A model generated the notes under the pieces. That model saw nothing but the letters and a program-made list of their open reading frames with translations. It had not been told where the DNA came from and searched no databases. From NCBI RefSeq assembly GCF_018977255.1, contig NW_024704742.1, forward strand, positions 102,984,001-103,048,000: a stretch of DNA of 64,000 nucleotides. Direction: 5' to 3'. The translations under genes and the position numbers were made by a program. The stretch's first letter is position 1; each line of letters begins with the position of its first letter. Origin of the DNA: Callorhinchus milii (taxonomy: Eukaryota). Below, in pieces: positions 22,435-34,250 of the stretch.

Positions 22435-22660
22435 GGAGGTGAGGAAGCATTTCTTCACAAAGAACTGTAAATGTGTAGAATGCTATGACCCAATAACCTG
22501 TACTGGTGGACTCAATAGGGATGTTTAAAAGGATGATAGGCAGATATTTGGATAATAGAGGCAAAAAGTGTATGGAGAAAGAGAACGGGCACTGGGTTTA
22601 ATATCTAATAAACTGGTCGAAGAAGTTCAATGGAATGAATGACCTGCTTCTGTTTTCTAA
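22435..22660 (+). mobile_element. Old CR1 3' end
   Basis: gtgaggaagcatttcttcacaaagaactgtaaatgtgtagaatgc...gaatgaatgacctgcttctg. Confidence 0.6.
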
Positions 22661-23260
22661 TACTTAGGAGAGCAATAGTTTGAGGAATATTTACAGAAAT
22701 AAGATGGTTGAATTTGTCTCCTCCATTTCCACACTTCTCCAGCACCTCATATGTTTCTTCCACAATTTAGAACCTAATCTCGATCTTGATGGACACAGTT
22801 ACTTTAGGAGATTTTTCTGTTTCTGCTCATGTAACATCTCGAACAAGGTCTGCTCAAAATCAGTTGAGCGGACAGTTACTCAAGGACGCAATGGAAGCAA
22901 AGTTGTGTGTTGACAAATGAATCAATTGAGGGGTATGAGAGATGGATTATTGATTTTGATTAACTTTGGAATCAGTCAGATGAACTGCAACAATTCTTTC
23001 CGGTCTTGTACATTCCTATACTTCTATGAACAGCTACACTCATGATGCCAACTTGTTATACAACATTTAGTATGAAGATTCTTGAGTTTTCCATTAAAAT
23101 AGGCTGTTCAAGTTTACATGCAGAGAGATTTGAAACTACAGTATATCCACCCACACAATCCTAACCCAATTCTACAGCCTCTGATCGTGACTTTCAAATC
23201 AATCCTGCAACACCAAACCTTCACTCTGCAACTTCCCAATACACTCAAGGAAATGAAGGT

Positions 23261-23662
23261 AATAATAATAATAATATAATAATAATAATCCTTGCATTTG
23301 ATACAGGGTATATCACATCTTTGAGATGTCTCAAAGGCTTCACAGAATATACTATAAAGTGAATTGACTGTTTATTTTGTGGGTGAAACGCAGCAGCCAA
23401 TTGAGCGCAGCAGTGTCCCACAAACAGTCATGTTTGTGACCAAATTATTAATATTTTATTATTAAACATTTTTTTGAAGGGATTATTAACCCCGGAAACC
23501 GATTCACCGATTGACTAACAACCGGGTCCCTACTTACTGCTAGGTAAACAGAGGCCTCAGGTATAAGGAAACGTGTCCAATGCTTCGCCCTGCCCTGGAA
23601 TTGAACCCAAGTCCTCTCGCTTGTGAGGCAAGTGCTCTAACTACTAAGCTACAGGACTCTAC
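23261..23662 (-). mobile_element. Full-length tRNA-derived SINE, longer/older subfamily
   Basis: Head (minus) gtcctgtagcttagtagttagagcacttgcctcacaagcgag. Extra middle segment ctctgtttacctagcagtaagtagggaccc shared with 62573-62936. Confidence 0.88.
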
Positions 23663-24142
23663 AGTATCTGCCTACACTTGGCTGGACATGTTATTGTATG
23701 CCTTGAATGCATTTTGCTACATTGTTGGGACATTGGGTGTAAGTTTTCTTGCGTCACCATGTACTGGGAAAATTAATTGCAAATGACGTACATAACCCGG
23801 CACCGCCTTAGGTGTCATACTCTCAAGTGTGGTGACCAACACCTACTTCACTTGGCCTAGGATACTTTGAAGGGCCCCAGAGGTTTCCTTATCAGAATTA
23901 CTAACTTCCCTTGAACGTGACAGAAAGTTACCAAAGATATAAAGGCAAAAGTTTATTTAAAAAACAATCGAGTATAATGATAATCTTTGTATTTGAAACG
24001 TATGTCAAAAAATATCTCATGGTGCTTCAAATGTAATTTCTGTTGTGTGTAGTGACTGTACTTGTAGCTAAAAAACTACTGTAATTTTAAAATTCAAAGT
24101 AAAAACAAACTGAACAAAAAGTGAACAGATATTGGGTTTGCA

Positions 24143-24330
24143 GTAATAATAATCCTTGCATTTGATATAGCGCTTTTCACGTCTTCTCGACGTCTCAAAG
24201 CGCTTCACAGAATAGACTGTAAAGTGAATTGACCGTATATTTGTGGGCGAAAGTAAATCCGGTGAAGCGCTTTGAGACGTCTCCACAACGTGATAGGGCG
24301 CAATATCCAATGCAAAGATTACTATTGTTA
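24143..24330. mobile_element. Two SINE/L2-tail fragments in opposite orientation
   Basis: Minus tail 24143-24250; plus tail gtgaagcgctttgagacgtctcc from ~24262. Confidence 0.75.
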
Positions 24331-24384
24331 CTACACACTGCACAGACATTACAGACATCTGTTTAATAATAACAGTGGTTAACA

Positions 24385-24760
24385 CTAGGCGGCGCTGCTC
24401 TATTGCGGGGCGGCTTTGCGCACGGCTGGCGATGAATGAGCAGAACCAGACCCGAACTCTAGTCCCGCCCCCCCTAACCCTTTGCCGCCTCCTATTGGCT
24501 CCGCGGGAGTGGGGGGGGGGGTTCGCATGGAAACCCGATCCCTGGGCGACGTCACAAAGAACGTCATTGCGTAACTCCCGGCCATTGGCTGCTCGGCTGT
24601 CAATCAAGCGGGAGCGGAAGGGACGCGGGGGGAGAGAGAGGAAAAAAAGTTCCACTTCCGTTGGTAAAGTTCCGCTTCGGCTGCGCCTCGCGATGGCGGT
24701 GAAATCCTCTCCGGTGTCGGGGGCCGTGTGCGGCCGCGCGGGAGTCGTGACAATCGTGTG
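24385..24760 (+). promoter_or_regulatory. FEM1C CpG-island core promoter
   Basis: CpG-dense. GC boxes (ggggcgg, cccgccc), inverted CCAAT (attgg ~24494, ~24584), CRE-like gacgtca (~24548), ETS cggaag/acttccg, YY1-like gatggcgg (24692). Confidence 0.8.
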
Positions 24761-24893
24761 TCCCTTTTATTTATTTAATAATATACAATAAGAGGGCGAG
24801 AGCTCCTGACGCTTTCGGTCAATTCATCGGCGTTTCGTTGCTGTGGTGCTGGTGGGTCTCACCTCCTCCTCCTCCTCCTCCTCCTCCCAAAAA

Positions 24894-25803
24894 GAGAGAC
24901 AGAATATAAAAGAAACTGTCAGGAGGAAGAGAGAGAAAGAGGAAGAGAGACCGGAGAGAGGGAGAGACCGGAGAGGGAGACCGGAGAGAGGGAGAGAGAG
25001 ACCGGAGAGAGGGAGAGAGAGACCGGAGAGAGGGGGAGAGAGACCGGAGAGAGGGAGAGACCGGAGAGGGAGACCGGAGAGAGGGAGAGAGAGACCGGAG
25101 AGAGGGAGAGAGAGACCGGAGAGAGGGGGAGAGAGACCGGAGAGAGGGGGAGAGAGACCGGAGAGAGGGAGAGAGAGACCGGAGACCGGAGAGAGGGAGA
25201 GGGAGACCGGAGAGAGGGAGAGGGAGACCGGAGAGAGGGAGAGAGAGAGACAGCCGGAGAGAGGGAGAGAGAGAGACCGGAGAGAGAGAGAGAGAGACCG
25301 GAGAGAGGGAGAGAGAGAGAGAAGGAAAGAAAGATGAACTCGGAGTAACCACAGGCGAAGCGAAGTGCGGACAAGGAGAGAGAGAGAGAGAGAGCGGCAA
25401 CTCCGGTCTGTGGTAAAACAGGGAGGAAAAGTTCAGCCAATACAAAGTCAACGCTCAAGAGAGGAGAACCAGAGGGACAGAGAGAGAGGGAGAGGAGGGA
25501 GAGGCGGGGAGGGGGACAGGAGGGAGGGAGAGAGAGAGAGGTAAAGAGAGGGGGAGCGAGTGGGGGAGAGAGAGGTAGAGCGAGAGTGAGGTAGAGAGGG
25601 GGAGGAGGGAGAGAGGGGGAGGAGGGAGTGGGGGAGAGAGAGGTAGAGAGAAGGGGAGGAGGGAGAGAGGGGGAGAGGTAGAGAGAGAGAGAGAGGTAGA
25701 GAGAGAGGGGGAGGAGGGGGAGAGGTAGAGAGAGAGAGAGAGGTAGAGAGAGAGGGGGAGGAGGGGGAGAGGTAGAGAGAGAGGGGGAGGAGGGGGAGAG
25801 AAG
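24894..25803 (+). repeat. Polypurine GA-rich tandem array upstream of the FEM1C ATG
   Basis: Units of gagagaccggagagagg(g) over ~24945-25310, then gagaggtagagagag/gggggagg units over ~25480-25800. Preceded by (cct)n at ~24862-24888. Confidence 0.9.
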
Positions 25804-25928
25804 CGGTGGTGGAAGCCCGAGCGGCGCGAGGTTCCGATAGAGAAGGCGGCGGCGGAGTCTGCGGCGGAGCGGGAGCGGGTCAGGAAGGCGGGAGAGGGAG
25901 GGAGAGGCCGCAGTCACAGCCCAGGAGG

Positions 25929-26472
25929 ATGGACATCAAGACGGCGGTGTTCAACGCGGCCCGAGACGGCAAAGTGCGGCTGCTGCAGAAGCTGCTGTCC
26001 ACCAAGACCCCGGAGGAGGTGTCGGCGCTGGCGGCCGAGAAGTCGAACGGGGCCACGGCGCTGCTGATGGCCGCCCGGTACGGCCACCTGGAGGTGGTGG
26101 TGTACCTGCTGGAGCGGTGCGGCGCGGCCGTGGAGCTGGGCGGCTCGGTCAACTTCGACGGGGAGACGATCGAGGGCGCCCCGCCGCTGTGGGCGGCCTC
26201 GGCGGCGGGACACCTGGCGGTGGTCAGGTCGCTGCTGGAGCGCGGGGCCTCGGTCAACAACACGACCCTCACCAACTCCACCCCGCTCAGGGCCGCCTGC
26301 TTCGACGGCCACTTGGACATCGTCAAGTACCTGATCGAGCACCGGGCCGACATGGAGGTGGCCAACAGGCACGGCCACACCTGCCTCATGATCTCCTGCT
26401 ACAAGGGCCACAGGGACATCGCCAAGTACCTGCTGGAGAAAGGAGCCGATGTCAACAGGAAAAGTGTCAAAG
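25929..26472 (+). CDS. FEM1C: FEM1C first coding exon (ankyrin repeats; CRL2 C-degron substrate receptor)
   Basis: aggATGG start; MDIKTAVFNAARDGK...GADVNRKSVK; phase-1 donor AAAG|gtaact; 544 nt. Confidence 0.97.
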
Positions 26473-29400
26473 GTAACTCCTTGGAAGATGGTGTCTGGGT
26501 GTCTGTGTGTGTCTGTGTGTGTATATATTGTCATACAAAATGTACGGTCCCCGATTGATTCACTTTACAGTGTACTCTGTGAAGCCCTCTGAGACGTCTC
26601 GGCGACGCGCTCAGGCGCTGTACCAAACGCGAGGGTTATTCTTGCTCTGGCGCAGGGTTTGGAGGGCAAAGGAATGGCCTTGTGGTGACAATGTGAAGGG
26701 GCTCCTTTCGCCGTTTGACTGACGTGAATGGGAGATATTTCTGTATTCTCTCGCGACGCCGTGAATCGGGTCAGTTTTCAGGATGATAGTTGGGTTCACG
26801 AATTCGCATTGGGGTCTGTCCCAACGACGCCTTGCGTTCGCGCAGCGGCCCATCACGAAGAATAGCTTCTCGGGGCGCTGCACAGTGTGGGATCGGATGC
26901 CCGAGCGAGGGAGGTGACTATAGTGGATGGTGAAGAGGTGGGTGTTCAGGTGGGAGGTGAAGATGGGGGAGGTGGGGCGATAGAGCCAAGAAGTTCCAGA
27001 GTCCGGGGGTGCAGTTGCTGAAAGTGGCCATCCAAAGAGGTTGAATTACCAGTAAAACAGTGCTGCATCCAATTAAATAACAAGGTTAATGTGACCTACC
27101 TAGAGCTTAGATTATCCATGAAATATATTTTTAAAATGTACTTATTAAAAATGGTAAAATTAATAAAAAAGGACAAAAGTCCTGTTTTTTAAATCACTGA
27201 GATACTAAAGCTGTTTAAAATATGAGTGAAACTTTTTTTTTACAGAAAGGCCTCTTGCTTTTGTTCTTGAACTGGTTGTTTTCAGTTGAAATGGGCTTGT
27301 AAAGTTGTCTTAACTTTTGTTTCGACGGAGTGAATCCGTTCTGGATTTAAAAATATATATTTGCAGCGAAGCACAATACAGTATTAGATCCATAAATCTG
27401 CCGCACGTGGAGTATGAGCACTCCCCTCCCCCATAAATGAACTTTCTCTAATAAAACTCTGATCAACTTTCTATTGATAAAAGCTGTGATGAATTTATGT
27501 AAATACTGTAGTCCCATTAGTGCAGTTTCCTCTTCAACTTCCACTTCTATCTATCTCTTACACCCCCCATGCACGCACACCCTTACTCACGCACGCGCTC
27601 TGATAAGTTGCAGTAAACTGCTGGCAGTAGTTTGTGAACCTGCACTTGTCAGATATCAAATGACCAATCAACGTCTATCCTGGGGGTGGGGTTGGGAGGA
27701 GATAAGCAGGTTCACCTGACAGCTGAGCTGGTTACAAATTGATCTGCTTGGCAACAGAATGTCAGACTTGACTGATATCTCTGATAGTCGAGGTGCTCCA
27801 CTTCCTGAGCGAGGTGGGTCCTAATTCCGAAGTACTCTAAACTTGGAGTAATGTAATGGAAGGCCAGCTGGACGACTTCACTGATGGGACTTGGAGGAGC
27901 AAACTGGTCACTGATTCTTTCCACTCGGCTCCTATTAACTGCGCAAGCGAAAGCCCTCATGTCGAAAACAAGATGGACAAGCAGGAGGAAACTTGCCAGA
28001 CAATATTCTCAATGACGAACTATGCACTTAGCTTGTTGAACTTAAGCAACACCCCAACATACACTGGGGTGTGGGGGTGTCTCCCAAGCCTTGGCTATTG
28101 TAAACCTCTGCCTAATACTCTGAATTAGGCAGACAGCGTGTGTTCCTCCAGGGAGAGAGTTGACGTTCCATTCTAGATGTGGAAATCGCCATGTGTAGGT
28201 GGCATGCCTATATGGAACTTGTTTGTATATATGATAATGGTTTCCGTACGTGTCAGACACCAGGCTGACCAAAAACAAGTGAGCATGGAGTTGCATCAAT
28301 ATGAGAAACATGTCCATCATCAATATAAATGCAGACTCTTTTATTCTGGAGAGTTTTTGTACACGCAAAAATCTTCACATTCCAGGTGACCAGGCCAACT
28401 TGTGTAACTTTTATACCAGCATGAAGATAAAATAAAATTTAAGGCAATCATTGAGTATAGATAGATGCAGTACATCACTCATTGAGTTGACATTAGGTGG
28501 ACTTACAGATATGCTTGTTATAGAAAATACCATAGGACAGGGGTCTCCAACTGGTTGTCACAGCTAGTTGTCCTCTCGCACATGCTCAATTAAAAACAAG
28601 ACAGAGAGTGATATCTACTGCAGTTTAAACAATAACCTTTATATTTTTTTCGAGATGTGACTGAAGTACCAGGACTATATAACTACACGGTTGTATTGCT
28701 CCTTAATCTTGTCTTTTTGACTATGCAATGGAGCATGAGTGACCTAGCTGCAACCGACTGGTTGAAGACCCCTGAAGTAGTAGATCAGATAGGCATAGAA
28801 ACAGAACATTTAGGTTTTAATAGTGGGTGGTCTTATCACCCTTTCGAGGTTGATTGGCTGAGTATTTTTAAAAGCAAATCTGCCTGGAGTTTGGGCCAGG
28901 TAAGTGAGATTACCCTATGGAGACAACATTGGCTTTGTTTTAATACAAAATGGTGGTGGCCAACTAGCCTTTCTGCCTTACCAATTAGTCTTTGAATTAT
29001 TGACATATATTCTCAACCCAACAAGCCAAAGGCCTAGCAGAGTGGTCTGTCCAGCGCTTTGGGACATCCTCCTAACTGAAAGGCACTATACAAATGTAAT
29101 TTGTTGTTGTTGTCCAGCCTGGGAAAGTCTTGTGATATTGATCTATGCTTTGTATTCTTAAAATATGCAAATACAATGTTGTAGAGAAAAGTGTTTAAAC
29201 GTGTTAATGATACCTGTATTCTCATTGAGCTGATGTTGTACCTTGATCTTTCAAGGGCTTTATAAAATGAAAATGGGAAAACAGGAGGAGAATTTATTTT
29301 CTGTTTCCACTCAACTAAGCTATTTTTAAGATTAACAGTGAAGAAAATGTGCTATTTATACTATGTATAAGCAAATGCTGACATAAGAATGGTTCGTTTC

Positions 29401-30159
29401 ATTCTAAATATAATTTGTTACTGAATGAGCTTCCTCTTTTGTATATTAAAATAAGCAATAGGGATTTTCCCGGTGGTTCAGAGACTTAATTCCACAATAT
29501 GGTCATATAGTCAACCAATTCATCCCCATTAGCAGCTCTTAACCTGGGCAGAAATAATGTACTGAAGTTGTGCTTCCAGAATAGTGTTTGTGGAAGAGTT
29601 GTCTACTTACATTTTCTTATTATTTACTGGTTCCTGTTGAGATAATGCAGTTAGGCATAGCTGTAATATACCCTATTGGTAAAATAATCTGCAGTCACTG
29701 ACGACGTAGACTCGGGTAAGTAAAGTGATTTGAGTAGTTGGGTGCATTGGGACCAAAGGCTTATTCCTGCTTTAAATGCAGAAGTCATCAGCGTAATAAG
29801 GAAAGAAGGGAGGGAGGGTATAGAGAAATACAAATTAAACCCCGCAGAGTGTGGGCGTTGGAGGTATGATACTGAATAATCAGTTCTACTGGCATCTACA
29901 ATTGAGATCCAGGCAACTAATTCCCTATCCTGTAGTTGAAAAGGAAGGGCTGATCGATGAAGTGGAAGTGAGTTGTCCTGATGTCTTCAGTTTTTTAAAA
30001 AATAAATAGCATTCATTTTTATTTTTTTTGGCTGAAAGGCAAATCTCGATCGAAAAAAGCTTTGTGGATTGGACGAGTTAAATCAATTTGAAGCAAATCC
30101 AAGTTTAAATCCAGCACACTTTGTTTCAAATTGACACTGGTAGGAATTAACATTTGGAA

Positions 30160-30715
30160 TAATAACAAGAAGATTGCATTTATAGAGTGCCTTTCACGTC
30201 GGGAGGACGTCCCAAGGCGCTGGACAGTTGGGTCAGGACCCGAGCAGGGGGGAAATGGTCAGGGTGAGGGGAGGGAAGGGAGGGAGCGAGGAGGGGGTAG
30301 AGAGTCGAGAGGGGAGCTGAAGGCTCGGTCAAAGAGAAGAAGGTGCAAATGTGGGACAGGGGACTGCATGGATCAAGAGGGAGTATAAGACCTGTGACCC
30401 ATTCCCTCCCTTATATCTTTACTTTAAGATTGGTGAGGTACAGGACAGCCAATGTGTAGCAGCCAATGGTGCTTAACTGTAATTGTGCAGAATTACAGCT
30501 GCCCCCACCGTTTGGAACTCCATCCTACAGACCCTTTGCCTTGCCCCCTTCCTTGCCTCCTTCAAGGACCATGTCAAGACCTACCTCTTTGACTCTGCCT
30601 TCGGTCACCCTCCCTTGCCCTTCACCCCAGCTTGGGACCAAATCCTTGACTATCCAGAACGTTGGGACGTCCTCCCGACGTGAAGGGCGCTTTACAAGCG
30701 TAATTTGTTGTTGTT
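30160..30715. mobile_element. Two L2 3' ends head-to-head (minus 30160-30340, plus 30495-30715)
   Basis: Both carry the gggacgtcctcccgacgtga tail motif; the minus copy closely matches the 3' end of the L2 at 18615-19405. Confidence 0.85.
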
Positions 30716-30822
30716 GCAGAAGTGCTGTCATTGTTTTACAAAGAAGAACAAAATGTTGAGGCTTATCTTTTATATGCCTGAAGAATACAACCACTCTTCT
30801 GTAGATTTGCTCCCCTCCCCCC

Positions 30823-31153
30823 ATAATAATAATAATAATGATAATCCTTGCATTTGATATAGCGCTTTTCACGTCGGGAGGACGTCCCAAAGCGCTTCAC
30901 AGAATATACTGTAAAGTGAATTGACTGTATATTTTGTGGGGGAACGCGGCAGCCAATTGCGCACAGCAATGTCCCACAAACAGTCGTGGATTGAAAATGA
31001 CCAATTTATTATTGTTTTTGGTTTTGGAGGGATTATTATTAGGCTCTGTGTGGAGTAAGGAAACTTGCCCAAGGTTTCGCCCTCTGCCTGGAATTGAACT
31101 CAGGTCTCTCACTTGCAAAGCGAGTGCTCTAACCACTGAGCTACAGGACTCCA
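30823..31153 (-). mobile_element. Full-length tRNA-derived SINE (young subfamily)
   Basis: Same structure as 19511-19827. Confidence 0.92.
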
Positions 31154-31209
31154 TCACCACATTTGTTTACCATGTACTGCTAGCCTGATTTTGCTAATTC
31201 AGTGACGTT

Positions 31210-31570
31210 ATGATAAGTAACGTTAACTGTTCCCTAATGTCACTCCCTCCCCCTCCCCTATAAACCATTAACACTTAACCTCTGGTTCTTAGATGCATCT
31301 GTTCGTTCTATAACCCCTCTATTGCCTTTTGTTTTGCTCTCCTCTGGTCTTATCATCTTCTGTCCTCCATCTAAAAATGTTTCCTTTGTCTTTCTTTCCC
31401 CGCCCACTTCTCTACTTATCTTTATAATCTGCTCCCTTCCAACATGACGAAAGGTCATAGACCTGAAACGTTAACTAATTTTCCTCTCTCCATGGATGCT
31501 GTGTGTTCCCAGCAACTTCTGTGTTTATACCAGATTTCTGGTTTTTACTAGCAATTGCCTTTTATTAACT
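31210..31570 (+). mobile_element. Penelope-like element terminal fragment
   Basis: tgacgaaaggtcatagacctgaaacgttaact...ctctctccatggatgctg...cagcaacttctgtgtttat..cagatttc resembles the recalled shark Penelope terminal repeat. Confidence 0.6.
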
Positions 31571-32819
31571 GTTACTGGGTGTGCTGGAGAAGGAGATCCC
31601 CTTCCTTGACAATGTTGCTTTATGGTCATGTCTGTGAAGTTGACCCTGCTGTGTATTAGACTCTCACGTCACTACATGGACTACCAGGGAGTGGGCTGCC
31701 AACTTAACCTTAAACAAAGAAAGCAAATCTCACAACCCAACAATCCAGTGCTGTGACCAGACACCCAGCACACATTTAACTTTTCCCACTGCACTGTGTT
31801 GTCTAGCTGGATGCTCAACTACTGTTCCTGCTGTGTAATTTAGGAATACTCATCCGTTTTATCACTTGCTTTTCACCTTTATTATGTCCTATCTTATAAC
31901 ATGGAACCTGAGGACTGTCTTAGATCAATGCAGCTGTACAGTCAGGATCAAGAACATGCCCAGGTAGTCCAGGCTGACTGACTGCTTCTTCCAGCACAAA
32001 ACAAGTGCCTGTCTTATACTGGGGTTCCTGGCCCTGGTGCTTACATAGTGACATAATCCAGCACACATCACAGAGGAAATCATAGGCTTTAACTGAGCTC
32101 TGTCCCCTCGATGTTTCAGTGTTGGGAACTCCAGTGCACATTGGCCTCCTAAGAAACCGAATCTTAAGTACAAACTAGTTGGACAAGCAGCAGGAAAGCC
32201 TGTTAGACAGCAATATCAAGGGCAAGCTATGTGGTTTTAGCTGTTGGACTCTCATCAGTACCTGAACCCACACTCTGGGGTCCCCTACCCGTGCCAACCT
32301 GTGCCTACTACTTTCTGGAATTAGTTAAGCAGGATGCATCCCTCCAGGAAGAGTGTATGTGTACCATTCCAACAATCTATCTGGGATTTCCATGTGTAGG
32401 TGGGATGCATCAAATTCTCCCTTGGTTTGGATACTCGTAAGCATGGTGATGGGTTTCCTCATGTTCCAGACACCCAGCTGACCCCCCCCAAAAAANTACA
32501 GACTATAGGAGGGTCACAAGGGCTCTGATCATTGTTTGTTTGAATTTCACAAAAGGCTTTTTACTCAAAACCACTTTTGTTTTTTATCAGTTTAGATGAG
32601 ATGGCAGTCTATTTTCTGCTGAATGCTTGGCTTGCCACTGCTGTTCGATGAGAAACATACAACTTTTATTTATAATTTGTTCTTATTTTTAGGTGATGTT
32701 TGAAATATTCAAAACTACAGCTGTGAATAACATTGCTGCATTTTGTCAAAATGTTTAGACTTGTTATCGTTTTTCATGCCTTGTGACTTCCTCCTACTCT
32801 TTCAGTATTTACTTTCACT

Positions 32820-33270
32820 AATGTGTCCTATTACTGTTTTGACCAATTGTGCATCAGACATCAAGTCCTGGATGAGTTCTAACTTGCTATGGTTCAACGT
32901 CGACAAGACTGAAGCTCTCTTGTTTAGCTCCCCTTAGGGTCACCTCAGCAGCTGACTACATCTACCTGCTCTTGCTCACTTAGCTTTTCCTCTAATCTGA
33001 AGCATTGCCTGCCTCCACCACTAATCTCTTTTTCTTCTTTTCCTCTCTCTCCCCCCACTCCCACTTTCCAAGTTGCACCCCTCCTGCACAAACCTCTGTG
33101 AACACGTTCCCCCAACCCCATCCTCGAAAAGGTCCACTGTCTCCCAATCCCCATCCCCAGCAAATCAAATTCAAAGTTCTCATCCATGCTTTCAAATGCT
33201 TCCATGGCTTCACTCAATCTTCTGTGACCTCCTGCCCCCACCACATAGAAAACACTGGCTTGCTTCACAC
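32820..33270 (+). mobile_element. Highly decayed LINE-2 fragment
   Basis: cagacatcaagtcctggatgag...caacgtcgacaagactgaagc; cagcaaatcaaattcaaagttctcatcc. Confidence 0.65.
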
Positions 33271-33869
33271 CCATTAAAGAAATCCCGGTTTTCATTAAAT
33301 AAACCTTAATTGGAATCGAAATATTGTTTTAATCCATGCTCCATATCTAAATGGAGATCCAGTATTATGTATTGGTGAGAGAGAAATTCAGCAGGGAAAG
33401 AAACATAGTAAACAATATATTTGGATCAATGTTATGGGAGTGAAATATTGTTGATTTGCAATCAATTGATGGGGGTGCTGACTGATTGAAGAGTTGAATA
33501 ATATCTGCTGAAAGCCAACCGAGCTTCTTCCTGGTATCAAATCTTTTCATTCATCAGATGTGTAAAATGAAAATTATAGATATCTCTTTCCAGATAGAGG
33601 GGAATTTTAAGCAATGATATATTAAGGTTACGAGTACTATAGCACATTATACTTGAGCTATCTAAGTTTTACACAGAGCTATATCTACCTGCTTTAAGAT
33701 CTTTTTGAATTGAAAATGAGTGATTACAACCCATTTACTGGATCTATTTAGTCTAATAAAACAAATACCCTGTAATTCAACATTGATTATTTTGCCCAGA
33801 TGTCCAACATATGCTGCTGCAAGAAATGGAAACGTCTCACTGGTGCAGTCAGCACTCTCGCTTATCATT

Positions 33870-34250
33870 GCCAGCCTCCTGTAGTAGCACTTGCAGCCCC
33901 CAACGCGATTTGGGATCCATATTGTCCAGGCTGACACTCCAACACAGAGCTGGGGGTGGACTGCATTGTTTGAACTGTTGTCCTTTGGATGAGATGTTAA
34001 ATTGTCTGTTCAGGTGGACATGAAAATCCCATAGCACTATACAAAAAGAGAAGGGAGTTTCTCCCGGTGTCCTGGTCAACAAATCCTCACTTCATGGCTG
34101 TTTGTGGGACGTTGCTGTGTGCAAAACTGGCTGCCGATTCACCCCAAAAATAGTCGTTCCACTTTACAGTATGTCCTGTGGAGAGCTTTGAGATGTCCTT
34201 CCAACATGAAAGGCATTATACCAAATGTAACGATTATTATAATTATTATT
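33870..34250 (+). mobile_element. Old Deu-domain SINE (SacSINE-like)
   Basis: tccaggctgacactcca...caggtggacatgaaaatcccatagcacta...gctgtttgtgggacgttgctgtgtgcaaaactggctgcc plus tail. Confidence 0.75.

Noticed and set aside
24945..25310. CRISPR-like regularly repeated units
   Set aside because: Eukaryotic low-complexity minisatellite with no unique spacers and no cas genes.
24819..25917. Long ORFs (210, 164 and 332 aa) rich in S/L/P or R/E/G
   Set aside because: Translations of the GA-rich tandem array, which lacks stop codons by composition.
25880..26534. Antisense and alternate-frame ORFs over the FEM1C first coding exon
   Set aside because: Expected shadow ORFs of a very GC-rich coding exon.
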